Positions 27,834-36,883 of a stretch of DNA of 44,110 nt are shown here, piece after piece. The translations under genes and the position numbers were made by a program. Numbering within the stretch: the first letter of the stretch is position 1; each line of letters starts with the position of its first letter. Where the stretch lies: the NCBI GenBank assembly GCA_040901675.1, contig JBBDYJ010000010.1, positions 1 through 44,110 of the forward strand, in the 5' to 3' direction. This stretch comes from Pirellulales bacterium. Lineage in GTDB: Bacteria; Planctomycetota; Planctomycetia; Pirellulales; JAICIG01. The notes beneath the pieces were generated by a model. The model was not told the origin of the DNA. It saw nothing but the letters and a program-made list of their open reading frames with translations, and did not search any database.

Positions 27834-29153
27834 ATGCGGCACACGCGATTTTCATCAGGAAGGCAAGTTTCCTCAGCCAGGCAAGCGCGGCGCGGCGCGG
27901 CGAACCATCGCCGCCGGGGCCTGACGCTGATCGAGCTGTTGATCGTGATCACGGTGATGCTGGCGGTCACCGCCTTGACGATCCCGGTGATGGCGCCGGC
28001 GCTGAAGGGGCGGCGGGTCCGCGAGGCGACCCGCATGATCGACGTGTTCGTCAACGGCGCCCGGAACCGGGCCACGCTGACCGGCCGCCCGGTGGGAGTC
28101 ATATTCGAACGCGTGCCGGGGCTGCCCGAGGCCTCGGCCACGCTGGCCTATGCCGAAGTGCCGCCCCCCTATGCCGGCGACACGACCATCTCAACCATCG
28201 TCATCGAGATTGATCCGATGACGGGCGACCTGCAGACCAGCTTCCCCCAGGCCGACAGCGGCTGGATCGGCATGCTGAAGCCGGGAGACGTGTTGAAGCT
28301 GAACTACCAGGGCCACTTGTACCGCATCGACGGCCCTTCCGAGTCGTACACCGACTCCAACGGCAACGGGCGCTACGACGTGGGCGAGGCGTATACCGAC
28401 AGCAACGGAAACGGCCAGTACGACTACCTGCTGCAGCCGTGGACGTACACGAACTTGACCGGCGGCAACTTGCCGCTGGCGCCCTCGCCCGGCCTGCCGT
28501 TTCAGATCATCCGGCAGCCGGTCCGCTCGTCGGGCGACAGCCTGCAATTGCCGCCCAGCATTGTCGTGGACCTGAGCTGGTCGGGCTTTTCGATGGCGCA
28601 GCCCAACACCTCTGGGGCGCCATTCGACACCTGGCGGTTTGCCCCCAATGTGGCCGCTTATCCACAGGCCACTAACCCGGCCGGCGATCCGACGCCGGTG
28701 ATCGTGATGTTCAACCCCACGGGCTCGGTTTTCGGCGTTTACTGCTGGAGCAACTTGCCGTTCAACCCAACGCCGCCGCCAGCGCCCTTTTGGGGGCCGC
28801 AGGCGCCGCTGGCTCCGCTGCACTTTCTGGTGGGTCGGCGGGAAAACGTGCCGTTCAACGCCGACGCCCTTGGGCCGGACAACGCCTGGGGGGCGGCAGG
28901 GGTCGACGACGACAACAACACGGTGACCGACGACATCTGGGAGGCGGGCTGGTCCGGCTCGGACGATCGCGTGCCAGGCTTCAACTTGCAGGACCTGACG
29001 AGCCTGTGGGTGTCGATCAACCCGCAGACGGGGCTGATCACTTCGGCGGAAAACGCCCGCATGTCGCCTGGGGCTGGTCCGTTCACGGCGCTAGCGCGGA
29101 TGCGTCAGGTCCGCGACATCGCGCTGGAATCGCAAGCGATGGGAGGACGGTGA
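27834..29153 (+). CDS. prepilin 3 (FimT/GspH-like)
   Basis: RRRG^LTLIELL; ARNRA...GRPVGVIF; leader has no repeats. Confidence 0.9.
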   Translation: MRHTRFSSGRQVSSARQARRGAANHRRRGLTLIELLIVITVMLAVTALTIPVMAPALKGRRVREATRMIDVFVNGARNRATLTGRPVGVIFERVPGLPEASATLAYAEVPPPYAGDTTISTIVIEIDPMTGDLQTSFPQADSGWIGMLKPGDVLKLNYQGHLYRIDGPSESYTDSNGNGRYDVGEAYTDSNGNGQYDYLLQPWTYTNLTGGNLPLAPSPGLPFQIIRQPVRSSGDSLQLPPSIVVDLSWSGFSMAQPNTSGAPFDTWRFAPNVAAYPQATNPAGDPTPVIVMFNPTGSVFGVYCWSNLPFNPTPPPAPFWGPQAPLAPLHFLVGRRENVPFNADALGPDNAWGAAGVDDDNNTVTDDIWEAGWSGSDDRVPGFNLQDLTSLWVSINPQTGLITSAENARMSPGAGPFTALARMRQVRDIALESQAMGGR

Positions 29154-30658
29154 TGAAGGCAGAAGGCAGAAGGAGGAAGGAGGAAGGAGGAAGGCAGAAC
29201 TTGGTACTTGGTACTTTGTTCTTGGTACTTGGTGCTTGGCGGAAGCCCTGCCGTCTCGCCTCATTCCCTCATCGCCTGCTGCAAGTCCGCCTCTGGAGGA
29301 TCGCCTCATCGGCTCGTATTCCTCCTTCCTCCTTCCTCCTTCCTCCTTCACCGCGCAGCGGAATCACGCTCATGGAGGTGCTGATCTCGATGTTCGTGAT
29401 GTCGGTGGGGCTGCTGGGGCTGTTGGCGCTGTTGCCGCTGGGGGCGTTCAAGATGGCCCAGGCGATGCGGGACGACCGGGCCAGCACGCTGGCCCGCTCG
29501 GCCCTGGACGACCTGGCCATCCGCGGCTACCTGCGGCCCGACATGTGGCTGGAGGCCAACGGCAACGCCATGCCGACTCTTCAGGCGGATGGGACGTACT
29601 TGCCGGCGCCTCCTTACGCGATCGACCCGCTTTCGCTCAGCAATCCCCTGAACACAACGGTGCCTGACTGGTTCCCGACAACCGCTGGTCCTACACCGCC
29701 TGTTTCAAGGATTACGCTTCGGGCCGCGTTGCGGGGCCCTGATGGCGAATGGGGTGTAGCTGGCATAGACGACGACGGAAACGGCATCGTAGACGACGCT
29801 GGAGAAATGGATGCAGCCGGATCGGATGATACAACGCCGATCTCCTTTCCCCTGGCCCAGCGGATCTTCGTGTCCGAGGACGACGTGGTTTACAACATTC
29901 CCAGCAACCGGGATTTCCGCACCACCCTGGCCGTCTGGACGGTCGGGGCCGACGGCGGTTGGGGCTTCGCCGGCACGGACGATAACAACGACACCGTCAC
30001 TGACGATCCGGGCGAGGCGGGCTGGCCCGGCTCGGACGACCGCTCGCCGGTGGTGAACGCCGCCGGCGACTACTCGTGGCTGGTGACGATCTCTCCTTCG
30101 CTCGACGATCTGCGGAGCGGCGCCGTGGCGGCGCTGCGGAACTACTCGGCGGCGGCGGTCGTGTTCCAGAAGCGCAACCTGATCACGCCGCCCAACACGC
30201 CGATAGCCGATCCGCCCCAGGAGCGGATGGTCTTTGCCGACTTTCCGAGCACGGGCGTAGCGTTCGGAGGCGGCGACGTGCAGTTGCGGACCGCGGGAGG
30301 CGCGAAATGGCTTGACGTCAAGCCGAACCAATGGCTGATGCTCTCGGGCTCTTTCCCGGATGCGTACCTGAATGCCACCACATCGGGATCGGTAACCCAT
30401 CGCACGGTGCTGGCCTGGTATCGGATAGCCGCCGTGGATGAAGGAACCCAAGGCGGCGCGGCCGGTCCCTGGTCGCGTTACGTGACGCTGGCCGGCCCCG
30501 ACTGGCCCGCTCGGGTGGTTAACGGCCAGACGATCTACGAGGATGCCGACACATCGACGAATGGGTTGCCCACGGTCTACGCCACGATCTTCGAGGGGGT
30601 GGCGGCCGTTCACGAGCAGACGATCAAGCTGGAAGGGTTTTCGATCTGGGCGCCCTAG
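29153..30658 (+). CDS. prepilin 4 (PilV/GspI-like)
   Basis: TGATG coupling; PRSG^ITLMEVLISMFVMSVGLLGL (I at 29363); the 70-aa leader contains three heptamer arrays. Confidence 0.88.
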   Translation: MKAEGRRRKEEGGRQNLVLGTLFLVLGAWRKPCRLASFPHRLLQVRLWRIASSARIPPSSFLLPPSPRSGITLMEVLISMFVMSVGLLGLLALLPLGAFKMAQAMRDDRASTLARSALDDLAIRGYLRPDMWLEANGNAMPTLQADGTYLPAPPYAIDPLSLSNPLNTTVPDWFPTTAGPTPPVSRITLRAALRGPDGEWGVAGIDDDGNGIVDDAGEMDAAGSDDTTPISFPLAQRIFVSEDDVVYNIPSNRDFRTTLAVWTVGADGGWGFAGTDDNNDTVTDDPGEAGWPGSDDRSPVVNAAGDYSWLVTISPSLDDLRSGAVAALRNYSAAAVVFQKRNLITPPNTPIADPPQERMVFADFPSTGVAFGGGDVQLRTAGGAKWLDVKPNQWLMLSGSFPDAYLNATTSGSVTHRTVLAWYRIAAVDEGTQGGAAGPWSRYVTLAGPDWPARVVNGQTIYEDADTSTNGLPTVYATIFEGVAAVHEQTIKLEGFSIWAP

Positions 30659-30661
30659 GGA

Positions 30662-30696
30662 AAGGCAGAAGGTGGAAGGCAGAAGGCAGAAGGCAG
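30662..30696. repeat. heptamer array (AAGGCAG)x5, one variant unit
   Basis: Directly after the stop codon of prepilin 4. Confidence 0.88.
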
Positions 30697-30795
30697 AAGA
30701 AGGCGACGGGGAGCGTGCACAGCGAATGCGCTACCAAATCAGGCGAAGCGGCTGTGGCAAGACGGCCTGCTCCGAACATAACGAAGGACACGTCG

Positions 30796-33700
30796 ATGGC
30801 TCTTTCTAGTAGCGATTCGCGACACGTAGCCCACGGCGCCACGATTCAAGCCCGGATCAGGCGGAAGGCAACTCGGCGGCGGAGGCGCGGCGAGCGGCGG
30901 GGTGTAATCCTGCTGGTGATCATTGGTCTCTTGACGCTGTTCACGCTGATCGGGCTGACGTTCGTGCTGGCCACGTCACAGGGGAGCCTGGGGGCCAAGG
31001 CCGCCAGCCGCGCCAACCGCACGGGCACGTCGCCCCGCCTGCTGCATCGCCGCGTGCTGCAGCAAATCATTCGCGGTCATCAAAACCCAGTACGGAACGC
31101 GTCACACGACGAGTGGAGCGGGTCCGTGATCGGCCCGCACAGTCTCCTCGAGGACATGTACGGTGACGACAACATCGCGGCGATGATCCCGCCCGAAATG
31201 CCGTCGACCTCGTTTGGGGGCTTCCGCGCGAATGAGCCGTATAGCGATTCAAACGGAAACGGAATCTACGATACAGGTGAACCATATCAGGATTTAAACG
31301 GAAACAATACGTGGGACTCGGGCGACGCGAGATTCTGCATGGGACAGGGATCGATGCTGTACATCGAGATTCCAGATATTAATAACGTCCCGACAGCCGG
31401 GGGCGGTGTCATCCAGATGAGTCAAACGGTCGGCTATTACAACGGTCGGGTGATCACCATGGTCGATGGACCTGCCCGCGGCCACAGTTCGCGGATCACC
31501 GGCTACCAAGTCGATCTGACCGCTACTCCGGTAAGAGCGCGGCTGCGGCTACTTCCCTTTGATGGGATGACGACGAACCAAGCGGGTACGATTTGGGAAG
31601 GCCACGGTGCACCGCGCGTCGACAATACGTTCCTCATTAACGGGCGGGCGTTTTCGGGTAGCGGCTTCGGCTTCAATCCAGATACAGGAGCCAATGGCAC
31701 CACAGCGTTTGGCTTGCTCAATTTGGCGGACCCGACCCCTGTGACTGGCGGGCCATTCGCATTGCTGCCTAATCCGACATCACCAATTTACAGGAGCTAC
31801 ATGCGAGGCGGGATCGTCATTGGCTCAACCGTCGCTATGCCAGGAGCGAACGAGGATTATGACGCTCCGGACTATCAGAACATGCTTCTGGCTGGGCAGC
31901 GGGTTTCGTCGGGACTGGATGGCTCGCCCGGTGTAGCCGGAGTGGACGACGATAATGACGGAACCGTTGATAACAACAGCGAACTCCTTGCGCCCGGCTC
32001 TGACGATCGATGGTTCGTATGGGTGCCCTCGTTACATCGACCCGCCTTGATCAATTACTGGAGCGCGCCGCTAGGCGGTTGGGGAAGTGTACCCCCGGAT
32101 CTGAAGCGAAAGTTCAGTCTGCGCCCCCTGCCTGACGATCACTTCAAGGATGTGAACAACAGCGGCGGGTTGGATGCGGGGGAACCCTTCTTCACAGGGA
32201 GCAATCCCAATTACGATCCGATCAACGGACCGTGGGACGTCGACAACGATGGCGATGGGCTGCCGGACAGCATTTGGGTTGATCTCGGCTTCCCCGTGCA
32301 GACCGCCCCGGACGGCCGAAAGTACAAACCGCTTTTTGCTATTCTCTGCCTTGACTTGGACAACCGGCTCAACCTGAATGTCCACGGAAAGCCGTCCGAC
32401 TATCGGACTGTCTCGGCGGGCGACGAGTACGTCGCGACGGATCACACTCCCCCCTTATTCCGGGGGCCGTACGCTAGGGCATACAACGACGCAAATGCCA
32501 ACGGCCAATACGATCCCGGCGAGGAGGTGGCTGTACAACTCCCGATCGGCTCCGGGTATGGTGTCGCCGACGTCAATTTGGCGGTTGCATTATCCAATAC
32601 GCCCGCAACCCTTAACGAATACCGACAATTGCTCGAAGGGCGACCTCCTGGGGCTCCGATAGGTTGGGCAATTCCCGGGCGCTATGGCGAAGAGCATCTT
32701 TTGTATGCCGGTTCTGGGATTATTCCGCGCCCTGGGGTGACAAGCACGGGGTCACTAATTCACGGAGGGTGGTTTCCTGGTTCAGCATTCGATGATTGCT
32801 TTGACGGCGACGACAACCGGCCGCTGGGCGTCATGGGGATCATAGCGGGCGGCAACGCGCAGGCAGCGTACTACGGCAACCTGTACCAGGATGGCTATTT
32901 CCCGGGCATCGCGATGGGGGCCAACGGCTCGCCCCCGGGACTAGCGGGGAATGGGACGGTGGCGCTCGATTGGCGCGGACAGCCATTCTGGTGGAACTCT
33001 GGTTATATCGGAACGCCTGATACACCGGCCACTGGCGCCTTCCAGGAGTCGGTGGACGACGCTTATGAGCTGGACGTAACGCTCGGCGATCAACGGCGTA
33101 GCGACCCGGCGACCGGCGGCGACACTCTATCAGTAGACACTCCTTTCTCGGCTGCCGAACTCGATCGCGTATTGCGCATTCACGACGCCGATGCGCTCGC
33201 TTTGCCCGGTCGTTTAGGGATGCTCGCGCCGAGCCTGGCAGACCCGTTCAACGGGAATGCTCGCTTGGTCACGACAGATAGTTGGGATCCGCCGAGTCCT
33301 AACGTGGTGGCGACGCGAGACATGGTAATTGGCGAGGACGTTCAGGAGGACAGCGCATCCGGCGGATTCAACGACTTCGTTAACCGGGTCGGCATACAGC
33401 CCACGAACCTTCACATTACTGACCTCTTGCATTACCGGTTAGCCCAGTGGGGGGTGGCGCCCGCAGATTGGAACCGCGAGGCTGCAAATCTTCTGTCGCC
33501 AGATCTGGTAGCGGGCTTGAGAATGGACATCAACCGTCCTTTCGGCGATGGGCTGGACAATAATAACAATAACGTAGTGGATGAAGTACTTGAGACGCTG
33601 AGTGGCGCTGAACGCCTCTGGCGTGATCCGGGAGCCGACGGCACGTTTGGCACGATGGACGACGGCCCCGACTTTCCATTCGACGCCAACGCGGACGGCC

Positions 33701-36700
33701 TACCGCCGATCGATGCCAACGATTCGTTAGCCCGTTACGAGCTCGCCAAGCACATCTATGTGCTGCTAATGCTCTTCAAGGATTACCATTACAACCACCC
33801 GACCCCCGTGGAGTCAGGGCTTTCGACCGCGGAACGGCAAGAGCTAACGTCGCGAAAACTCGCGCAGTGGGCGATCAACGCCGTCGATTTCCGCGACCGC
33901 GACTCGATCTGTACGCCGTTCGAGTACGACCCGAATCCATTCAACGGCTGGGACGTGGACGGCTTCCTCGGCCCGCACCCGGTCACCGGCATTGACGACA
34001 GTACTACTCTCCTGCCGTCTCAGCGCGGCGTGGTGTGGGGCTGCGAGTACCCGGACCTGGCTTTGTCAGAGACAAAGGCGGTGCACGACCGGCGGTCCGA
34101 GGATCTCGATGACTACGAAAAAACAGCGATGGGGACGCCTCCCGGCATGGATCCGCACTTTGACCAGCGCCGTATCCCGCAAGGTTCTGCTTTCTTCGAG
34201 ATCTACAACACCCGCAACCCTCACAATCCGGCGCTGCCGGGCGACCTGTATACGCCGAGCGGACATTTGGACTTGGGGCGGATGGACAACAACAACACTG
34301 GAACGTACCCGATCTGGCGGCTGGTTATCGGCGAACGCAATGATACACCTGGCACTCTTGCCGACGTGGCAACGTTGCTCGATACGCGGGACGAGACGTT
34401 AGGGCTTGATGTTGACGACATGGATATGTTGGCCCCGGGCCCACAAGCGGTCGAGGTGGATCGAATTGTGTGGTTTGGCGCAGGGCCTCCGGCGGCGGCC
34501 GTCATCGATGCCAACAAGATCTATTATAACGTCCATTCGACAGCGAGTAACGTCTATGGCGGGAACAGCGATGTCCTGCTCGGGCCGGGCCAATACGCGG
34601 TAGTCGGCCCACATCGACGCCCGGAAAGCGGCGACGACAACATCACCACAATAGGTTATACGGCCGTCGCCCCGTACGCCCAGGAAATCCGGCTGGGCAA
34701 TGCTCCCGCTACGACCGGGGCGGGCGGGCGCCGCTCGGTGATCGTATCGGACGTCGACGGGACGGCCACGACGTACCCGGATGATCCGGTGACGGCCGCT
34801 GCCGCGGGCTCTCCGGGCACGTACGAGATCCAGGAGCCGCTTGGGATCGCCGTGGCGGGAAATCCTACGGGGACCGCCAATGCTATCTGGGCTGGGCAGC
34901 ACATCGGATTCAGTGTTTCCGAGCCACTATTCTCCGCGGGGCCTCTGGACCCAAATCCCTATTATCCACTCCCCAATGACCCGGCACCGACCCCCATTAC
35001 CCATTACGACGGGTCGCCGAGCACTTGGCTTGACAAGTACACGCCCACACTCGATGAGCCGCTTGACAACACATTAAATCTGGAGCTGATCGGGTTGCCT
35101 GAAACAGGAACCGCGCTGAACTATAAGACCGTCTTCCTGCAGCGCTTGGCGGATCCGACGCGCCCCTTCGATGTCGTGAACAACCCATACCTCACGGTCG
35201 ATTGGATGCCAATCGATCTCACAGTGTTCAACGGCGAGGAGGCTGCCGCGTATCCGGATCCGAGCTTGATTCCTCCCGATGCGGACATCCGCTTCGGCAC
35301 GCGGCAACGCGGCAGCCCGCGCGATCCGGCGGCGGCTCCAGATCCCAAGTACTATTACAACATTTGGAAGCAGCCCGACTGGCTCGATCAAGTGAACTGG
35401 CCACCGATCGTGACGGCAACGCAGACAACCAACTTCGGGTATCAGCTCGACCATACGCTCGGCTACCTGAACCTGCCGTTCCACGATGCCACGGTTCCAG
35501 CCGGATCGCCGGCATGGCTGACGACGGACAACGTGCCGATCGGCGAACCGTACATTGACTCAAACGGAAACAACGCATATGACGCGGGGGAACCGTACTG
35601 GGATGCCAATAGCAACGCTGCTTACGATGCCGGCAACCAGCTCGTGCAATACGTGGGCGACCCGTTGCGGCCGTTTCCCTGGTTGACGTGGCTCAACCGC
35701 CCGCTGGCCAGCAACATGGAGCTGCTGCTGGTGCCCCACACCAGCTCGGGCCGGTTGTTGCACGAGTTCGACATGCGGTTGCCGCCGACAGCTTCATTAA
35801 CGGATGATGACCACTATGGTGATACCGACTGGACAACGCCGGCGCCCTTCGGCCACCTGCTAAATTTCTTCCATTCTGTGAGCGCGGATCCGAAGCCGCC
35901 GACTTCAGCGACGCCGCAGGCGTGGTCAGGCAACTACTACCGGATTCTTGAGTATGTACACGTGCCTTCGCGTTTTTCCGGCACCCAGGAGCTTTTGAAC
36001 CCGACTATCTTCCAAGCCGGCTCGGCGTCGCTGGCGCCGGGTGAGGGTTCGCCCTTCTATGCCCCATTCAACCGCGTATCGCGTTATCGCGATCCAGGCC
36101 GCATCAACATCAACACCATTTTTGACAACGGCAGGACGTGGCAGGGCATCCTCAACCGGCTGCAGGAATCGACCGTGGTGGATCCCGCCTGGACCTCGGG
36201 CGGTTTCTGGTCGAAGGTGGTGCGCAGCCGAAGAGGCTACGGGACGAGTGGCAACTTGGATGAGTTTAATCCCGACTCGCCGACCTTCCTTGCCAATCCG
36301 TTCCGTTCGTTTGGTCAGGGGTACGCGGTGCCCATTGAGCCGCTTCGGCGCGTCGGTCTCTCGACCAACCCGAGTGCCCCATTTCGCGGGCAGGTCGAGT
36401 CCACCTTAATGCGGCCGGACCCCGACACGGTCACTCCGCCTTTACAGCCTAGTGCGGGTCCGCAGGAACCACTGTTTGGTTTGCACACCACCGCGAATAC
36501 CGCCACGGTCTCAGATTACATCGATACTGACCGCAACCCATACTTCCGCTACCAAGCGTACCAGAAGCTGGGCAACGTGTTCACCACGCGGTCGAACGTG
36601 TATGCGATCTGGATCACGGTCGGCTACTTCGAGGTGGAACGGGGACCGATCGACTTAGTACACCCGGACGGTTATCGGCTGGGGCAGGAAATGGGCATCG

Positions 36701-36825
36701 ACACCGGCGACATCAAGCGCGACCGGGCGTTTTATATCTACGACCGCTCGATCCCCGTCGGCTTCCGACGCGGCGAAAACCTGAACGTCGAAAAGGGAAT
36801 CCTCGTCGAACGCGTCATCGAATAA
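30796..36825 (+). CDS. giant PilX/GspK-like minor pilin or adhesin (2009 aa)
   Basis: RRG^VILLV lacking E5 (a PilX/GspK trait); RLNLN, RMDIN and GRININT motifs; C-terminal TTRSNVYAIWITVGYFE. Confidence 0.88.
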   Translation: MALSSSDSRHVAHGATIQARIRRKATRRRRRGERRGVILLVIIGLLTLFTLIGLTFVLATSQGSLGAKAASRANRTGTSPRLLHRRVLQQIIRGHQNPVRNASHDEWSGSVIGPHSLLEDMYGDDNIAAMIPPEMPSTSFGGFRANEPYSDSNGNGIYDTGEPYQDLNGNNTWDSGDARFCMGQGSMLYIEIPDINNVPTAGGGVIQMSQTVGYYNGRVITMVDGPARGHSSRITGYQVDLTATPVRARLRLLPFDGMTTNQAGTIWEGHGAPRVDNTFLINGRAFSGSGFGFNPDTGANGTTAFGLLNLADPTPVTGGPFALLPNPTSPIYRSYMRGGIVIGSTVAMPGANEDYDAPDYQNMLLAGQRVSSGLDGSPGVAGVDDDNDGTVDNNSELLAPGSDDRWFVWVPSLHRPALINYWSAPLGGWGSVPPDLKRKFSLRPLPDDHFKDVNNSGGLDAGEPFFTGSNPNYDPINGPWDVDNDGDGLPDSIWVDLGFPVQTAPDGRKYKPLFAILCLDLDNRLNLNVHGKPSDYRTVSAGDEYVATDHTPPLFRGPYARAYNDANANGQYDPGEEVAVQLPIGSGYGVADVNLAVALSNTPATLNEYRQLLEGRPPGAPIGWAIPGRYGEEHLLYAGSGIIPRPGVTSTGSLIHGGWFPGSAFDDCFDGDDNRPLGVMGIIAGGNAQAAYYGNLYQDGYFPGIAMGANGSPPGLAGNGTVALDWRGQPFWWNSGYIGTPDTPATGAFQESVDDAYELDVTLGDQRRSDPATGGDTLSVDTPFSAAELDRVLRIHDADALALPGRLGMLAPSLADPFNGNARLVTTDSWDPPSPNVVATRDMVIGEDVQEDSASGGFNDFVNRVGIQPTNLHITDLLHYRLAQWGVAPADWNREAANLLSPDLVAGLRMDINRPFGDGLDNNNNNVVDEVLETLSGAERLWRDPGADGTFGTMDDGPDFPFDANADGLPPIDANDSLARYELAKHIYVLLMLFKDYHYNHPTPVESGLSTAERQELTSRKLAQWAINAVDFRDRDSICTPFEYDPNPFNGWDVDGFLGPHPVTGIDDSTTLLPSQRGVVWGCEYPDLALSETKAVHDRRSEDLDDYEKTAMGTPPGMDPHFDQRRIPQGSAFFEIYNTRNPHNPALPGDLYTPSGHLDLGRMDNNNTGTYPIWRLVIGERNDTPGTLADVATLLDTRDETLGLDVDDMDMLAPGPQAVEVDRIVWFGAGPPAAAVIDANKIYYNVHSTASNVYGGNSDVLLGPGQYAVVGPHRRPESGDDNITTIGYTAVAPYAQEIRLGNAPATTGAGGRRSVIVSDVDGTATTYPDDPVTAAAAGSPGTYEIQEPLGIAVAGNPTGTANAIWAGQHIGFSVSEPLFSAGPLDPNPYYPLPNDPAPTPITHYDGSPSTWLDKYTPTLDEPLDNTLNLELIGLPETGTALNYKTVFLQRLADPTRPFDVVNNPYLTVDWMPIDLTVFNGEEAAAYPDPSLIPPDADIRFGTRQRGSPRDPAAAPDPKYYYNIWKQPDWLDQVNWPPIVTATQTTNFGYQLDHTLGYLNLPFHDATVPAGSPAWLTTDNVPIGEPYIDSNGNNAYDAGEPYWDANSNAAYDAGNQLVQYVGDPLRPFPWLTWLNRPLASNMELLLVPHTSSGRLLHEFDMRLPPTASLTDDDHYGDTDWTTPAPFGHLLNFFHSVSADPKPPTSATPQAWSGNYYRILEYVHVPSRFSGTQELLNPTIFQAGSASLAPGEGSPFYAPFNRVSRYRDPGRININTIFDNGRTWQGILNRLQESTVVDPAWTSGGFWSKVVRSRRGYGTSGNLDEFNPDSPTFLANPFRSFGQGYAVPIEPLRRVGLSTNPSAPFRGQVESTLMRPDPDTVTPPLQPSAGPQEPLFGLHTTANTATVSDYIDTDRNPYFRYQAYQKLGNVFTTRSNVYAIWITVGYFEVERGPIDLVHPDGYRLGQEMGIDTGDIKRDRAFYIYDRSIPVGFRRGENLNVEKGILVERVIE

Positions 36826-36832
36826 GGCAGTT

Positions 36833-36867
36833 CTTGGTTCTTGGTACTTGGCACTTGGTACTTGGGG
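36833..36867. repeat. heptamer array, CTTGGTA-type x5
   Basis: cttggtt cttggta cttggca cttggta cttgggg. Confidence 0.88.
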
Positions 36868-36883
36868 CTTGTAGGCAGAAGAG

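Noticed and set aside
28790..29152. N-terminal extension of prepilin 4 in the ORF track
   Set aside because: It overlaps prepilin 3 out of frame; the coupled ATG at 29153 is more plausible.
27503..35634. Diversity-generating retroelement behind the repeated pilin modules
   Set aside because: There is no reverse transcriptase in the window. All copies are coding and differ at all base types, not only at adenines.
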